Under the pieces are notes generated by a model, which had not been told where the DNA came from, made no database searches, and saw only the letters and a list, made by a program, of their open reading frames with translations. Below are positions 36,001 to 45,602 of a stretch of 50,124 bases of DNA, in pieces. The DNA comes from a virus (taxonomy: Duplodnaviria > Caudoviricetes): IMG/VR virus record IMGVR_UViG_3300042505_000942, positions 1 through 50,124 of that record. The stretch is one strand, 5' to 3'. A program made the position numbers and the translations under genes. How positions within the stretch are numbered: the stretch's first letter is position 1; every line of letters begins with the position of its first letter.

Positions 36001-39000
36001 TAAAATCATTGATTCTTTGGCGTAATCTATTAATTGTGCAGGTGTTGTATATAATGCTTTTCTGCTAGCTAGTAGGGCTTGTGCCTTAGCATATACACTG
36101 GCTCGCTCAATACTATCAACTGTGGCCGTAGCAATTCTATCCAATGAGCCCAGCCCTATAGCTTCCATGGCAGATTGCAGCTGATCTCCAGTAGTAATAC
36201 CTACGATTTGCAATTCTTTCAGTTGTTGCTCTAATCCTTGGATAGTCGCCATAATGCCAGGAGCAAATTCAGCACCTTTCTCTTCTAAACTAGCCCGAAG
36301 ATCTTTTATTTGTTTGTCAATAGCTAACGCGCTAGTCCTAAACTGCATAGGTATATTTAATATATCTTTATCAAAACCTACTGCACTCAGGCTCTCCGAT
36401 ACGGCTTTTCCAGTTTTGTCGGCTGTACGTTGTAAGGCATTTAGAGAGGATTGGTCCGCAGCAATATCTGCTAAGAGTGTTTCGCTGGTATCACCCTGAG
36501 ACACTTTAAGTTTGTTACTCTCAAGCCGCTTACGTAAGAATGATGCTTTAAACAAGTCCGCAGGACTGGCTAATGCTTGTTGCGATGCACTGCTCAATCC
36601 TAGTGCCTCGAAAGTCTTCTTATTCGCTTCGCCTACAGACTCGACTCCTAGTTTTAAAGATTCAAGGTGATTAGTGAGTTCTAGGATAGCCTTATCATAT
36701 ATACGAATTTGATCTAAAACATTATCACCATGCGCCTCACCTCTGGCTGCCATAAGATCTGCTATAGCATTTTCAGTCTTAGAGATACTGCTTAACAATT
36801 CAGAAGAAACGTTTGAACGCTGAGCCTCACCGCCTGTTGACTTTAATGACGTCATAATACGAGTGCCAGATTTCATAGCTATCTCGCGGGATACTTTCGC
36901 TACATCCTTTTGTTTATCTTCAAGTTGCTTATATAATGCAAGCTGTTCTTCAATATTCCAATCTAAACCTTTTTCTGTAGATTGTTTTGTAATTTCTTTG
37001 TTTATGTTAGCTATGTCTATAAACGCAGATTTTACGATTTCCAACTGGGCGACATCCATTATTTGAAGATCTTCTGGAGCAAGTTTTGTACTAAAAGCTG
37101 CAACCATTTCTTTAATAGGAGTAGGGTCTATGCCTTTTATACTAGCGGATAAAGCTGCTATCTCTTTGGTAATCGAACTGCTCTTTACCAAGTCATCAGC
37201 AAACAGTTCTTTTAGCATCGCTAATCTAACCAATTCTTTACCGACAGATTTTATTTTATCGAGAGGAATGTGTGAGGCTATAGAATTAGCTACATCAACA
37301 CTCGCAGAAGATAGTGCTTCTCCAATAGCCTGGTCAGCAACCGATTTGTTTTCAGATATAGCGCTTTGGATTTTTTCCGCAATAGCAACCCTAGGCCCTT
37401 TTAACGCAGCATCTCCGCCAGCTTGAAAGGCTTCAATATTAGTTTTGAGAGCTTCTATAGTTTTATAGGCTGCTAAATCTTTAGCTAGTCCAGGCGCTCC
37501 AGGTATCCAATCTCTCTTACCGGCCTCTGGTTTTGTAGGTAAATATGGCGCAGCCAATCCCATCTCAGCTTTCTGTAATTTGATTTGGCGCAATCCCTCT
37601 AATGCTGGCATTGTTTGCGATGCTGTCAAATTGGATATACTTTTTGGAAAACTAAATCCGGCAACATCTTGCAAGGAGCTTATAGCTATCTGAGGAGAAG
37701 TTGATAGTAATGTGTTACGTTCAATGATTAATTTAGCATCTTCTTGCAAAGTCTTTATCGATTGTTTGATACGTCCTTTTGATAACTCATCGCCGGTGTT
37801 TTTCTCTTCTTCACGAAGATATCTAATAGCGTTAGTCAATGCGTAAATATCTTCAGCAGCGCTTTTTGAGAAATTGAAAGTATCAGGATCTATTGTGATA
37901 GATGCTGTTTTTGCACTAGAGACAAGATCCGCATTTGCATGTGACCCTTTGTTAACAGCCTCACGCTCTTTCACAAACTGTGCGCGTTGCTCCATCAAAT
38001 CTTTGACAATCTTAACATCTCCAGACAATATGTCTGTCAATTTAGCTATATCGGCGTTTATCTCTTCCGTTCTAGGTGCACTTGCACCTTTAGCTAATAA
38101 ATCTTTGTCCGCCCGGATTTTATTTACACTAAGGAACATCTTAGCATACATTTCAGTCAATGCGCTAGATATCTCAGGTGTGATTGCCGCCAATTTTGCA
38201 TCTTTTTGAATAAGCCCTGGAGTTGTCGTATATACACCTTTTGAGTCTACTACGGTCTCCCCAAGCATTTCTTTCATAGAGCCATTAGGTGTATTGACGT
38301 CTATAGGAGTGTTCCATACTTTATCTTTATTAGCAGTCCAGAAATGATCTTGGGTTAGTTTTCCGCCTAAGTTTAACTTATCGATCATAGCTGGTATGAA
38401 CTCTACGAAAGAATTCTCTGTAGCTTGTTTGGCGAGAGCTTCATACAATCTACGTGAATTCTTTGCAGCGTCTAAAGCTGCTTTAGCTTCTTCGGTGTTT
38501 CCTAACGCTGCCTGTGAGTTTGCTTCAGCAGCTTTATCAACCATACCAGTTCTTGCAGCTTCTAAATCATTCGAGAGGCTTCTAGGTAACAATTCAGTAA
38601 TAACTTTAGACATATCGATATTAACAGGAATACCTGCTGTATCTAACGTTTGTTGCTGATCTTCAGTAAGCCCTGTACGTGTATTTATTACAATGTCTTT
38701 ATGGCCTGTGAGTTGCTTGAGTTTGGTCGTGATATCATCTAATACGTTATCCCAGCGATTAAAGACGTCTATGACACCGGTGAATTGCATGATTAGACCC
38801 GCTGCAGCCACTGCAACAAATCCCCATATACTAGCCACTACTACTCCGACTCTCATTGCCCAAGCGGCTACGGCTTTTACAATACCCCTGGTCATCAGTG
38901 TGCCTAATAGAAATCCTATACCTCCAAATAGAGCTTCTAATTTAGGCGACTCAAAGACTACATTGGCTGTAAACTCACCTAACAACTGTCCGGCCATCCC

Positions 39001-42000
39001 AAAACCTATACTAGCGAAGGTAGGTAGTAACCTTCCCATAAGCGTGGCAGGCCAAGCTAGAAGTGCGATTGTACCTGTGAAGATGCCATCTACCATTGCA
39101 CCCGTGAATGCTGAGGATATTAAGGCAGTTATAGAGCCTAACATAGCTACTAATAACACTTTTCCATTCGAAAGAACATCTAAGAATGTATTTATCACTA
39201 CGTTTCCACCATCCTCAGCGACACCTCTTAGATAGGTCATTGTAGCGCCGTAGGCTATAGAAATACCTATACCTATGCTGAACATTTTGACAGACGATAG
39301 TGTTTTGAACAGCGACGCTAATTTAGCAGTTATGTCCGCAAAGCTAATATTTTTGAGCGCCCTTCCTATACTCTTAATCCACTCCCAGATTGCAGGACCA
39401 GAATCTATCAAATATTTTATAGCACTCCCGAACTTCTTAAGAGCCCACCAAACAGCCGTTGCAACAACTGTGATCAAAGGGAGTAAATGCAGAACAGCGT
39501 TGGCAAGTATTATTAAAGGTGTTTTGATAGCAAAAAGAACAGTGCCTATTAATTTAAGTTTCCCAATAAGTGTTCCTGCTGTGCCTGCGGCAGCTGCCCC
39601 TTTTGTTGCTGTATCTAACACATTAGAAATATCTTCTACTGACGTTTTAACATCGTCAACCTGTTTCTGAACAGCTTGTGAGGCTGCTTGACTTACACTT
39701 TCAGATGTCACTCTAGGTTTAGCATTATTCAACTGCTCAGAAAGTGTCCCCTCTCCTTTATATGAAGAGTATTCGCTATATGCTGCTCCTACAGTAGCTA
39801 GTGTACCTATTCCTGAAACTATTTTAGCTGTTGTTCCTAATCTTCTAAAATTGATGATCGCGGCGAACATTGCTGACGCTTGGAGAGTAAACGCTTTCAT
39901 CACATTTGTGCCAGCTTCTATTCGTGAAAGCCATGATATAATAAAACTAAGGGCGCCTACACCTGCCACTAAAGATGTCTGTGGAAAATACTGAAATGCA
40001 AATACTGTGCTATCATTTATGGATTTTTGAACTTTCTTAATCTCGTCCACCATTGAACGCCAAGCACTAATTACTCCGTGAATTGCTGCCACAGCTCTAG
40101 GAGAATCTTCTAAATAGCCTTTTATCCAAGAATTACTAGTTATGAAATCACCGATACCTCCTATTAACTCTTTCGCGTAAGCTGCTTGAATTTTATAGGC
40201 GGATTTCAATAGTTCTTCAAAATTGTGTAAAGAATCATATCCTACCTGCCCAAGCTCTTCGTATAGCCCAAAAAGACTTTTAAATGATTTCCCTATTTTT
40301 TCAAAGAAACTGTCAGGTCCTTTTGTAAGTGCAAAAGCAGTTATTGCAGAAATAATTGCGGCGATTGGTCTGAGAATGTTACCAACAACACCAACTCTGC
40401 CGAATAGAAATGTAGTAAAGACTCCCGCCGCTGTTGCATTTACCAAAGCAGGGGGCAACTCGCCCACAGCTTTCATCACCCGATTAACTCCAGGGTTTGC
40501 GTCTGGGATCGACTCCAATGCCATTTTAACACGTGGGTATCCTTCGGGCTTTTTATCATCTTTCTTAGAAGCGCTACTGTCTTTTACCCCGATGATTTTT
40601 CCTTCTTTATCGCGTATGAAGTTATCTTGTGAAGCAAAACCTGTGAGCATTGTGAACGCTAATATAGCTGCCGACGCAATAGCTAAAGGCCGTAACACAG
40701 AACCTGCCACTCCGCCACTACCGAACAATGCATTGCTGAAAATCCCAGTCCTCGTTGTGGAAGTAGATAGATGTACCATCAGACTGTCCCACATAGGTTT
40801 TATTTTTGTAACAGTACCAATTGTTCTGAATATAGCGTTTACTGTACCGTCAATAGCGCTTACAATAGCAGTTTTCCAAGAAGCTGCATGAGGACCGATA
40901 TTTTCTCCGAAAATTAAAGCATCTGTCAATCCTCTACCTGCAGTACTTAGCGCCACTGCACGTGTAGATACAAACGCGAATACTGTCTCTAACTTCGATA
41001 ATAAAGTAGCCCCTAGACGTGACCATATACTTTGCGGATTTAAGTTGGGCACTAGGAAAGTGAGTATCTTGTCACTAAGAGCTCTGAACCCTGCCGAATC
41101 TAGCTGTATTGCTAGCCCCCATATCGCAGTCTCTATTTGAGTTTTTAATAAAGCTGTTAAACCTGCGCCTGTTGTCATCAGACCTATGCTCAATGCTGTG
41201 AAAATGCCGTGCGCAATATCTGAGCCTGCAAACACCCCATCAAAAACACCTAACATGTCTAAAGCTACGCTGGCCATCCCTAAGGACATTAAACGGCGTC
41301 CTCCTGCAGCTCCGAACATTGTTCGAGATAAAGATTCTAATAAGCCACCTGCAGCGTGGGTTGTTCTTCCGGAGAAGAATGCACCTACGCTAGAGAATAT
41401 CGATAGTATGGCGGTCAGTTGTTTCCTAAAAATGCCCATAGCTGCTAAAGTAGAGAGCAGTTTGCCACCGAACAGATACGTAATCAGAAGTCCGCTCACA
41501 GAGCCTACTCCAGCTGTATCTAGTGTCTTAAAGATATCTTCAACTATACCCCCAAAAGGTAGCAACCCCTCAAGCAAACCTCTTCCGAAACCACTTAAAA
41601 ACGATAGCAGTTCTCGTGCAATAGCAGGTGCATTTGCCACTAGGAGCGCCAAGGCTGTGCCAACCATCTTGCCTAAAAAGCGACCGACAGCTTCACCCAT
41701 AGACTCACTTGCGTTAAAGTCGTCCCAAGCTTTCCGTAACTGCTCTAATCCTTTATTTGCTTTTGCTACAAAATCCCCTACTGGACTGTTTCCGTCTTTT
41801 TCCTTAATATTTTTAGGGAAGATATGTTCTTTGGCAAATTCTGAAGTAGCTTCTACCAAAGCTTTTGCAAACATTTTCGCCTTATTTTCTAAAGTCGTTC
41901 CGAGTGTCTTAGTGAATCCTTCTACTGTAGATCTCAGATCAGCGACCGCCGCTTGAAACCCATCATAGTCTATCACTAGTTTTATATTTGTGACTGCGTT

Positions 42001-44340
42001 GCTTAGGGCTGTAGATACGACCTCACTAAGTTTTACTAATTTAGCTTGAAGTTCTGTAGTATCAAAATCTTTGAAACCATCTTTAGTAGTTAATCTCCTG
42101 AATACATCTGCAATTATAGTGCCAACAGTCTCTGCAGCGTCTCGCATATCATAGAATAGCTTCTTAATAGCTTCAAACTTTTCATTTGCTGAAGATGTGT
42201 CGATGATGATGGTGGTACTTCTAATCTCCGTAAAGAATCTGACGACAGACTGATATAGCCCTTTGAAGAAGTCTATCACTTTTCCTGCAAAAGCTTTTAT
42301 GTTAGATATTGGACGTCCTAACAAATTCTGAGAAGTATTGTGAATGGACTCTATTGTGTCAGTCCACCAGGAATGCCCAATCACCGCATCCCATACTAAT
42401 CTAAAGACTTCTATAACCTTAGCACCAAAGGCGGATATTGCATTCACCACCTTGGTCAGGATTGTTGATTTTTCCAAAATCCCATCGAAAAACGCCTTAA
42501 CATAACTAAAATTCAACTTGATATTTAAGCGTGTTCCTAGCTTTGAAAAGGCATTGCCGATTGATTCTAAGAAAGTATCTACATCTAGGTTTTTAAGATC
42601 TAGAAAGAAATCATAAATTGCTGATCCGAATTTAGTATCTAGCGCTGCTGTTACAAGAAAATCTTTTACAGCTCTTAGCTTATCCATTACGAAATTGAAA
42701 GAGGCTGCAAATAAGTTGGCATTGAATGATATATTAATACCATCCCCTACCATTTGCAGATTGCCAATAATCGACAGTAATAAACGTAACGGTGGAAATA
42801 CTATACCTAGTAAAGTCTCTATGACGAATGAGATATTAGGTAATTTGCTGGTAAATTTTAAGAAAGAGTTTATAAGCTCTTCACCGAATATAAATTTTAA
42901 AGTGTCACCTAGCTTGGTCAAAGGGACAGTTATAAAGTCAAACTCAGAATATTTGATGTTATGTCCCAAAGTTTTGATAGCATCAATTGTCGCAGAAATA
43001 CCCATTACAAATATCTGTTTGAATTTTACCAAACCTATAGATAGTAATTTTGTGTCAAGTATCCCCGCTACTATTTGTCCGCCTGCTAAGTTAATATATG
43101 CGGATAAGCCATTTCCGATTGCTGAAAAAATCATCGAAAATTTAGTGGTATTTACTGCGGCTATTGCTTTAAAGAACCCTTTCCATTCAGATATAGCCAG
43201 TCCGAGTCGGCTTTTAAATACATCTGGCAGTGTTTTTACTAAATCAACAACCCCGAGTATTCCTTTGTTATCTATTATTTTCAGCATTTTGCCTGAATTT
43301 TCTAGATAATTGAACATTCTCGCGACCGCTGTCTTTACGGTGGTCTCTACTATGATAAACATATTAATAAAAAACTTACCTACGCCCGAGGCTGCTAGTA
43401 GTGTTTTTACAATGTTTAAGGCTAACTTAAAACCATGTACAAAAGGATAAAATGCATCAGAAACTCTAGGAGCCCAAGAGGCCCAGAATATCGCCATTTT
43501 TGCCGAAAGAACGGGAACTTCTTTTAATAACTTAGAGATTCCCTCATTAAGCTTAGCGATAGGCGCTGCAATATTTGAAGATATCTTAAAATTCTGGTTA
43601 AGCTCATTAATAAGCAGTGCTATGTTTTCTCGGAGTTTGGCAAAAGATTGTCCTAAGGTAGGTCCCATCTTTTTAAACTTTTCTTCAACATCCTGAGCTT
43701 GACTCAATAGACTGCTAAAAACAATATCAGTAGTTAGTTTCCCCTCATTGGTCATTGCCTTTAAAGAGCCGACACTTACATTCAACGAGTCCGCGAGGAG
43801 TTGTGCCACAGGCAAGGCTTGCTCCAGTATTGAATTAAACTCTTCACCCCTCAAGGCGCCCGAGCCTAATCCTTGACCGAGCTGCATCATAGCTGCTTTA
43901 AAACTTTCGCCGGAGTTTCCTGATATTGCTCCTGCCATTTGTAGAGTTTTAGCAGCTTTAATAAGCTGATCTGAACCTACATTGGTATTAGACATTGCCG
44001 AGCCTAGTCTTGCAAAAACATCTGAAGTGTCTGCAAAAGAGGCACGTGTCTCATCAGACACTCTCTTTAAACTTACATAAGACGCAGAAAAATCTTCTGT
44101 AGATTTTGTTACAAGCTTAATCTTTCCCTCCAGATTCACAAAAGTATCATCCACTTTTGTAAGTGTAGTGATTATCGCAGCCGCTGAGAAAGAGGCCATT
44201 AAGCTCTTACCCATCGCTGAGAAAGCGTCTGTAGCCTTTTTAGTAACCTTATGTATGTCACTTACAGACTTCTCTACAGAAGTTAAACTTTTTTGAGCCT
44301 GATCGATATTAGCTTGTACATCAATAGTAATACCTGTCAT
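33040..44340 (-). CDS. Tape measure protein (3766 aa) with lytic transglycosylase (SLT) domain
   Basis: N-terminal QLGQGLGSGALRGEEFNSILEQ; Ala/Gly/Leu-rich helices; HVESRG..AIS.AGAQGRTQVMPATG...ALSAYNQGPG at ~34920-35220; C-terminal ATGGHVVGPGSGTSDSIPMMLSNGEFVVNA. Confidence 0.95.
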   Translation of the reverse strand: MTGITIDVQANIDQAQKSLTSVEKSVSDIHKVTKKATDAFSAMGKSLMASFSAAAIITTLTKVDDTFVNLEGKIKLVTKSTEDFSASYVSLKRVSDETRASFADTSDVFARLGSAMSNTNVGSDQLIKAAKTLQMAGAISGNSGESFKAAMMQLGQGLGSGALRGEEFNSILEQALPVAQLLADSLNVSVGSLKAMTNEGKLTTDIVFSSLLSQAQDVEEKFKKMGPTLGQSFAKLRENIALLINELNQNFKISSNIAAPIAKLNEGISKLLKEVPVLSAKMAIFWASWAPRVSDAFYPFVHGFKLALNIVKTLLAASGVGKFFINMFIIVETTVKTAVARMFNYLENSGKMLKIIDNKGILGVVDLVKTLPDVFKSRLGLAISEWKGFFKAIAAVNTTKFSMIFSAIGNGLSAYINLAGGQIVAGILDTKLLSIGLVKFKQIFVMGISATIDAIKTLGHNIKYSEFDFITVPLTKLGDTLKFIFGEELINSFLKFTSKLPNISFVIETLLGIVFPPLRLLLSIIGNLQMVGDGINISFNANLFAASFNFVMDKLRAVKDFLVTAALDTKFGSAIYDFFLDLKNLDVDTFLESIGNAFSKLGTRLNIKLNFSYVKAFFDGILEKSTILTKVVNAISAFGAKVIEVFRLVWDAVIGHSWWTDTIESIHNTSQNLLGRPISNIKAFAGKVIDFFKGLYQSVVRFFTEIRSTTIIIDTSSANEKFEAIKKLFYDMRDAAETVGTIIADVFRRLTTKDGFKDFDTTELQAKLVKLSEVVSTALSNAVTNIKLVIDYDGFQAAVADLRSTVEGFTKTLGTTLENKAKMFAKALVEATSEFAKEHIFPKNIKEKDGNSPVGDFVAKANKGLEQLRKAWDDFNASESMGEAVGRFLGKMVGTALALLVANAPAIARELLSFLSGFGRGLLEGLLPFGGIVEDIFKTLDTAGVGSVSGLLITYLFGGKLLSTLAAMGIFRKQLTAILSIFSSVGAFFSGRTTHAAGGLLESLSRTMFGAAGGRRLMSLGMASVALDMLGVFDGVFAGSDIAHGIFTALSIGLMTTGAGLTALLKTQIETAIWGLAIQLDSAGFRALSDKILTFLVPNLNPQSIWSRLGATLLSKLETVFAFVSTRAVALSTAGRGLTDALIFGENIGPHAASWKTAIVSAIDGTVNAIFRTIGTVTKIKPMWDSLMVHLSTSTTRTGIFSNALFGSGGVAGSVLRPLAIASAAILAFTMLTGFASQDNFIRDKEGKIIGVKDSSASKKDDKKPEGYPRVKMALESIPDANPGVNRVMKAVGELPPALVNATAAGVFTTFLFGRVGVVGNILRPIAAIISAITAFALTKGPDSFFEKIGKSFKSLFGLYEELGQVGYDSLHNFEELLKSAYKIQAAYAKELIGGIGDFITSNSWIKGYLEDSPRAVAAIHGVISAWRSMVDEIKKVQKSINDSTVFAFQYFPQTSLVAGVGALSFIISWLSRIEAGTNVMKAFTLQASAMFAAIINFRRLGTTAKIVSGIGTLATVGAAYSEYSSYKGEGTLSEQLNNAKPRVTSESVSQAASQAVQKQVDDVKTSVEDISNVLDTATKGAAAAGTAGTLIGKLKLIGTVLFAIKTPLIILANAVLHLLPLITVVATAVWWALKKFGSAIKYLIDSGPAIWEWIKSIGRALKNISFADITAKLASLFKTLSSVKMFSIGIGISIAYGATMTYLRGVAEDGGNVVINTFLDVLSNGKVLLVAMLGSITALISSAFTGAMVDGIFTGTIALLAWPATLMGRLLPTFASIGFGMAGQLLGEFTANVVFESPKLEALFGGIGFLLGTLMTRGIVKAVAAWAMRVGVVVASIWGFVAVAAAGLIMQFTGVIDVFNRWDNVLDDITTKLKQLTGHKDIVINTRTGLTEDQQQTLDTAGIPVNIDMSKVITELLPRSLSNDLEAARTGMVDKAAEANSQAALGNTEEAKAALDAAKNSRRLYEALAKQATENSFVEFIPAMIDKLNLGGKLTQDHFWTANKDKVWNTPIDVNTPNGSMKEMLGETVVDSKGVYTTTPGLIQKDAKLAAITPEISSALTEMYAKMFLSVNKIRADKDLLAKGASAPRTEEINADIAKLTDILSGDVKIVKDLMEQRAQFVKEREAVNKGSHANADLVSSAKTASITIDPDTFNFSKSAAEDIYALTNAIRYLREEEKNTGDELSKGRIKQSIKTLQEDAKLIIERNTLLSTSPQIAISSLQDVAGFSFPKSISNLTASQTMPALEGLRQIKLQKAEMGLAAPYLPTKPEAGKRDWIPGAPGLAKDLAAYKTIEALKTNIEAFQAGGDAALKGPRVAIAEKIQSAISENKSVADQAIGEALSSASVDVANSIASHIPLDKIKSVGKELVRLAMLKELFADDLVKSSSITKEIAALSASIKGIDPTPIKEMVAAFSTKLAPEDLQIMDVAQLEIVKSAFIDIANINKEITKQSTEKGLDWNIEEQLALYKQLEDKQKDVAKVSREIAMKSGTRIMTSLKSTGGEAQRSNVSSELLSSISKTENAIADLMAARGEAHGDNVLDQIRIYDKAILELTNHLESLKLGVESVGEANKKTFEALGLSSASQQALASPADLFKASFLRKRLESNKLKVSQGDTSETLLADIAADQSSLNALQRTADKTGKAVSESLSAVGFDKDILNIPMQFRTSALAIDKQIKDLRASLEEKGAEFAPGIMATIQGLEQQLKELQIVGITTGDQLQSAMEAIGLGSLDRIATATVDSIERASVYAKAQALLASRKALYTTPAQLIDYAKESMILDKLMSRAKILNSTFADKFSMIGEAFGSSVSEIDFFKLTDGLQEALLQTATAFKIAMEDSLRKGTITDDLKNLYRVKDKLANKMQLIAFSTELRKSTEEGMNLGAKDALSKINSTLGETGLDLRSFIGLPAAQREELTKQASAKSILDKAMFDTSLKLPPEAIDVLNKFDGNNAPEIVKELSDTLQNVGKSLSGLLSTPTEKLADVQERAIVALQENTMALLGKALPKPTDTAAPSRVVTESVVAKDSDFKGSAREVALKLLPGLIHVESRGKDDAISIAGAQGRTQVMPATGRNPGYGIKPMQGNSPQEFERFAVDYLTKMLEVNNGNVDRALSAYNQGPGGLARRGIINQGYVDAVKRANAKHLGKVTSAVVASKPSTPEVTTLPVQEYTPLAMSFKEPTPVKVATVSGDFERSLTPSDAVQKAFVKPIPFLSKSAALSAVVKEHGQRSAISEHKVSDIPQVDTRVAQLMDSVQLSKATTYLSNIASLNDTLAKAIEDKTPTAHLRKQIDEQVYQLERMTSAIEANAIAVREAGKAFESAISSSFKDAFKGLLNGDKMDDMSPLRTFAEKLMNSVKDNVLESFTNGMMKASGFGEGGAVQGMLQKTGETVYSGVVGGLEGLGSMATGKMSLSEAGSGIYSWFSGLLGGDSSTTSGKPEVVMMSAANKMNVAADKMLGIGGAGSIGGMSSLARSMQGLSGIFPSSAAGTSAFGGKDVKVMMDDSFKALGDNFTRDFSKDVLNSDTGVFSQGNLTEAGNAMSKFNPTTGNFDTMSAFSADVAGGLAPQGLKTSTENALSMDSVLGKGAGTGVAVDESIFKGLTDKFTKAFENIDWAGMWGQLTGQLSQMVGQVGKMMPSFAATGGHVVGPGSGTSDSIPMMLSNGEFVVNAKATKANLALLHGINSGNPGKMATGGLVSASAAMMRTPTYNEANVITRSNKDSSQQQVINVNITGDISRQTKSEIYKMMPSIADGVNSQNKERGYRR

Positions 44341-44365
44341 GATTATTTCCTATAATATTTCAATT

Positions 44366-44392
44366 AAAAACCCCCAACCGTTAGGTCAGGGG
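44366..44392 (-). terminator. Intrinsic terminator upstream of TMP
   Basis: CCCCUGACC-UAAC-GGUUGGGGG-UUUUU. Confidence 0.7.
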
Positions 44393-44664
44393 TGTTTTGT
44401 GACTATAGTGCCATTCGCTTTAATCGTCGAATCTGCTAAAATAGTTCTTTCTATAAAGTACGAGGGGGCTTGGACTGATGTACCTGTATTAAGGTCGTCG
44501 ATGTAGTCTACATCATTAACAATACTTTTTCCATCGAACTTCCACCCGTCTCTAGCATTTCCTGTATCCACAGGAGTTGCCTTTTTAAGAGCTTGAACTA
44601 ATTCAAGCGCTTTTTTATTTCTCACTTGTTCTGCTTTTTGGAGCAATTCTTTTTTAAGATTCAT
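44386..44664 (-). CDS. HK97 gp10-like tail completion/neck protein
   Basis: TPVDTGNARDGW...NDVDYI..LN.GTS.QAP..FIE. Confidence 0.85.
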   Translation of the reverse strand: MNLKKELLQKAEQVRNKKALELVQALKKATPVDTGNARDGWKFDGKSIVNDVDYIDDLNTGTSVQAPSYFIERTILADSTIKANGTIVTKHP

Positions 44665-44998
44665 GATAATACTACGCCTCCGCTGGCAGCTGCCAGTTTT
44701 TGGAAGAATCCTGATTGCTTGAAAGATCTAGTATTAAAACCTTCTGTATCAGAAGTCTTTGGATGGTATATCGCTTCAAGAGATCCAAACAATTGCCAAG
44801 GCTTTTCCTTAACGCCTTGCACTTGCAGAAGTTTGACAGTACGATCATCTTCGCGCCATCCTAAAGGACGTCTCTCAAAATAATTAAGCCATCCCAGAAA
44901 CTCCTCGTAGGACATTTCTGAAGTTAGTCGGTGGACGGGCATTCTTAGGTTGTAAGCTAGCTCATAGATGGCGAGATCTGCGTCTGTCAGTTCTACTT
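44661..44998 (-). CDS. Tail assembly chaperone, frameshifted (gpT-like) part
   Basis: -1 frame open from the slippery site: VELTDADLAIYELAYNLRMPVHRLTSEMSYEEFLGWLNYF. Confidence 0.78.
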
Positions 44999-45316
44999 TA
45001 CCGATTCAGAACCGATACCTGAGAACTTCATAATATCTTGAGATACACGTGACAATTCGTCCATTGGGAATCCACCGAAATCATCGTCAGTTAAATCTTC
45101 GCCACCTTCTACTGCTGAGCGAATAACCAATTTCAATAACTCCATGCCTGAAGCGTCGTCTTTACTGTCTTCAGCAGCTTTTGCCTGTTCTTGAATTAAG
45201 GTAACTTCAGCTACACTTAATTTAGAAATCTTAACATTTTCACCCATAAATTTAACATCTTTAGACATTTTACGGCCTACTAAGCTTTTGATACCAGTTG
45301 GTTTTACATCTGTCAT
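44993..45316 (-). CDS. Tail assembly chaperone (gpG-like)
   Basis: Between tail tube and TMP; VKISKLSVAEV..IQ; AAGGT upstream of ATG 45316. Confidence 0.8.
   Translation of the reverse strand: MTDVKPTGIKSLVGRKMSKDVKFMGENVKISKLSVAEVTLIQEQAKAAEDSKDDASGMELLKLVIRSAVEGGEDLTDDDFGGFPMDELSRVSQDIMKFSGIGSESVK
44996..45002 (-). other. Programmed -1 ribosomal frameshift site G GTA AAG
   Basis: Heptamer immediately before the TAG of the gpG-like ORF; analogous to lambda GGGAAAG. Confidence 0.7.
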
Positions 45317-45317
45317 T

Positions 45318-45539
45318 TTAATTACCTTTAAGTTGATTGATTTGGCGGTCATCTAATTGAGCTCGCATCTGATGAAGAATAGATAGTGTTTCGAATGCTT
45401 CTGTTTTTTGAATTTCTGAAAGCGTTCCATCACATGTCCGTTTAAATGTTTTATTAATACTAAGGTCTAGGCTTTTTAGCATATGTTTAACAGTGATGCC
45501 AATTACATAGTCTTTGCTAAATGGTTTATCTTGAGACAT
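45318..45539 (-). CDS. Hypothetical protein in tail module
   Basis: 73 aa, AAGGA upstream. Confidence 0.65.
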   Translation of the reverse strand: MSQDKPFSKDYVIGITVKHMLKSLDLSINKTFKRTCDGTLSEIQKTEAFETLSILHQMRAQLDDRQINQLKGN

Positions 45540-45602
45540 TCTGTGTCCTTTATTTTAATAGAAGTTTGAACCGTTTATACCTACGGTTCCAGAGGTTGGT
45601 GC

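Noticed and set aside
33194-43309. Many plus-strand ORFs antisense to the tape measure gene (and to fibre, tip and polymerase genes)
   Set aside because: Shadow frames of long genes with biased codon use; no SDs or motifs; the genome is uniformly minus-strand
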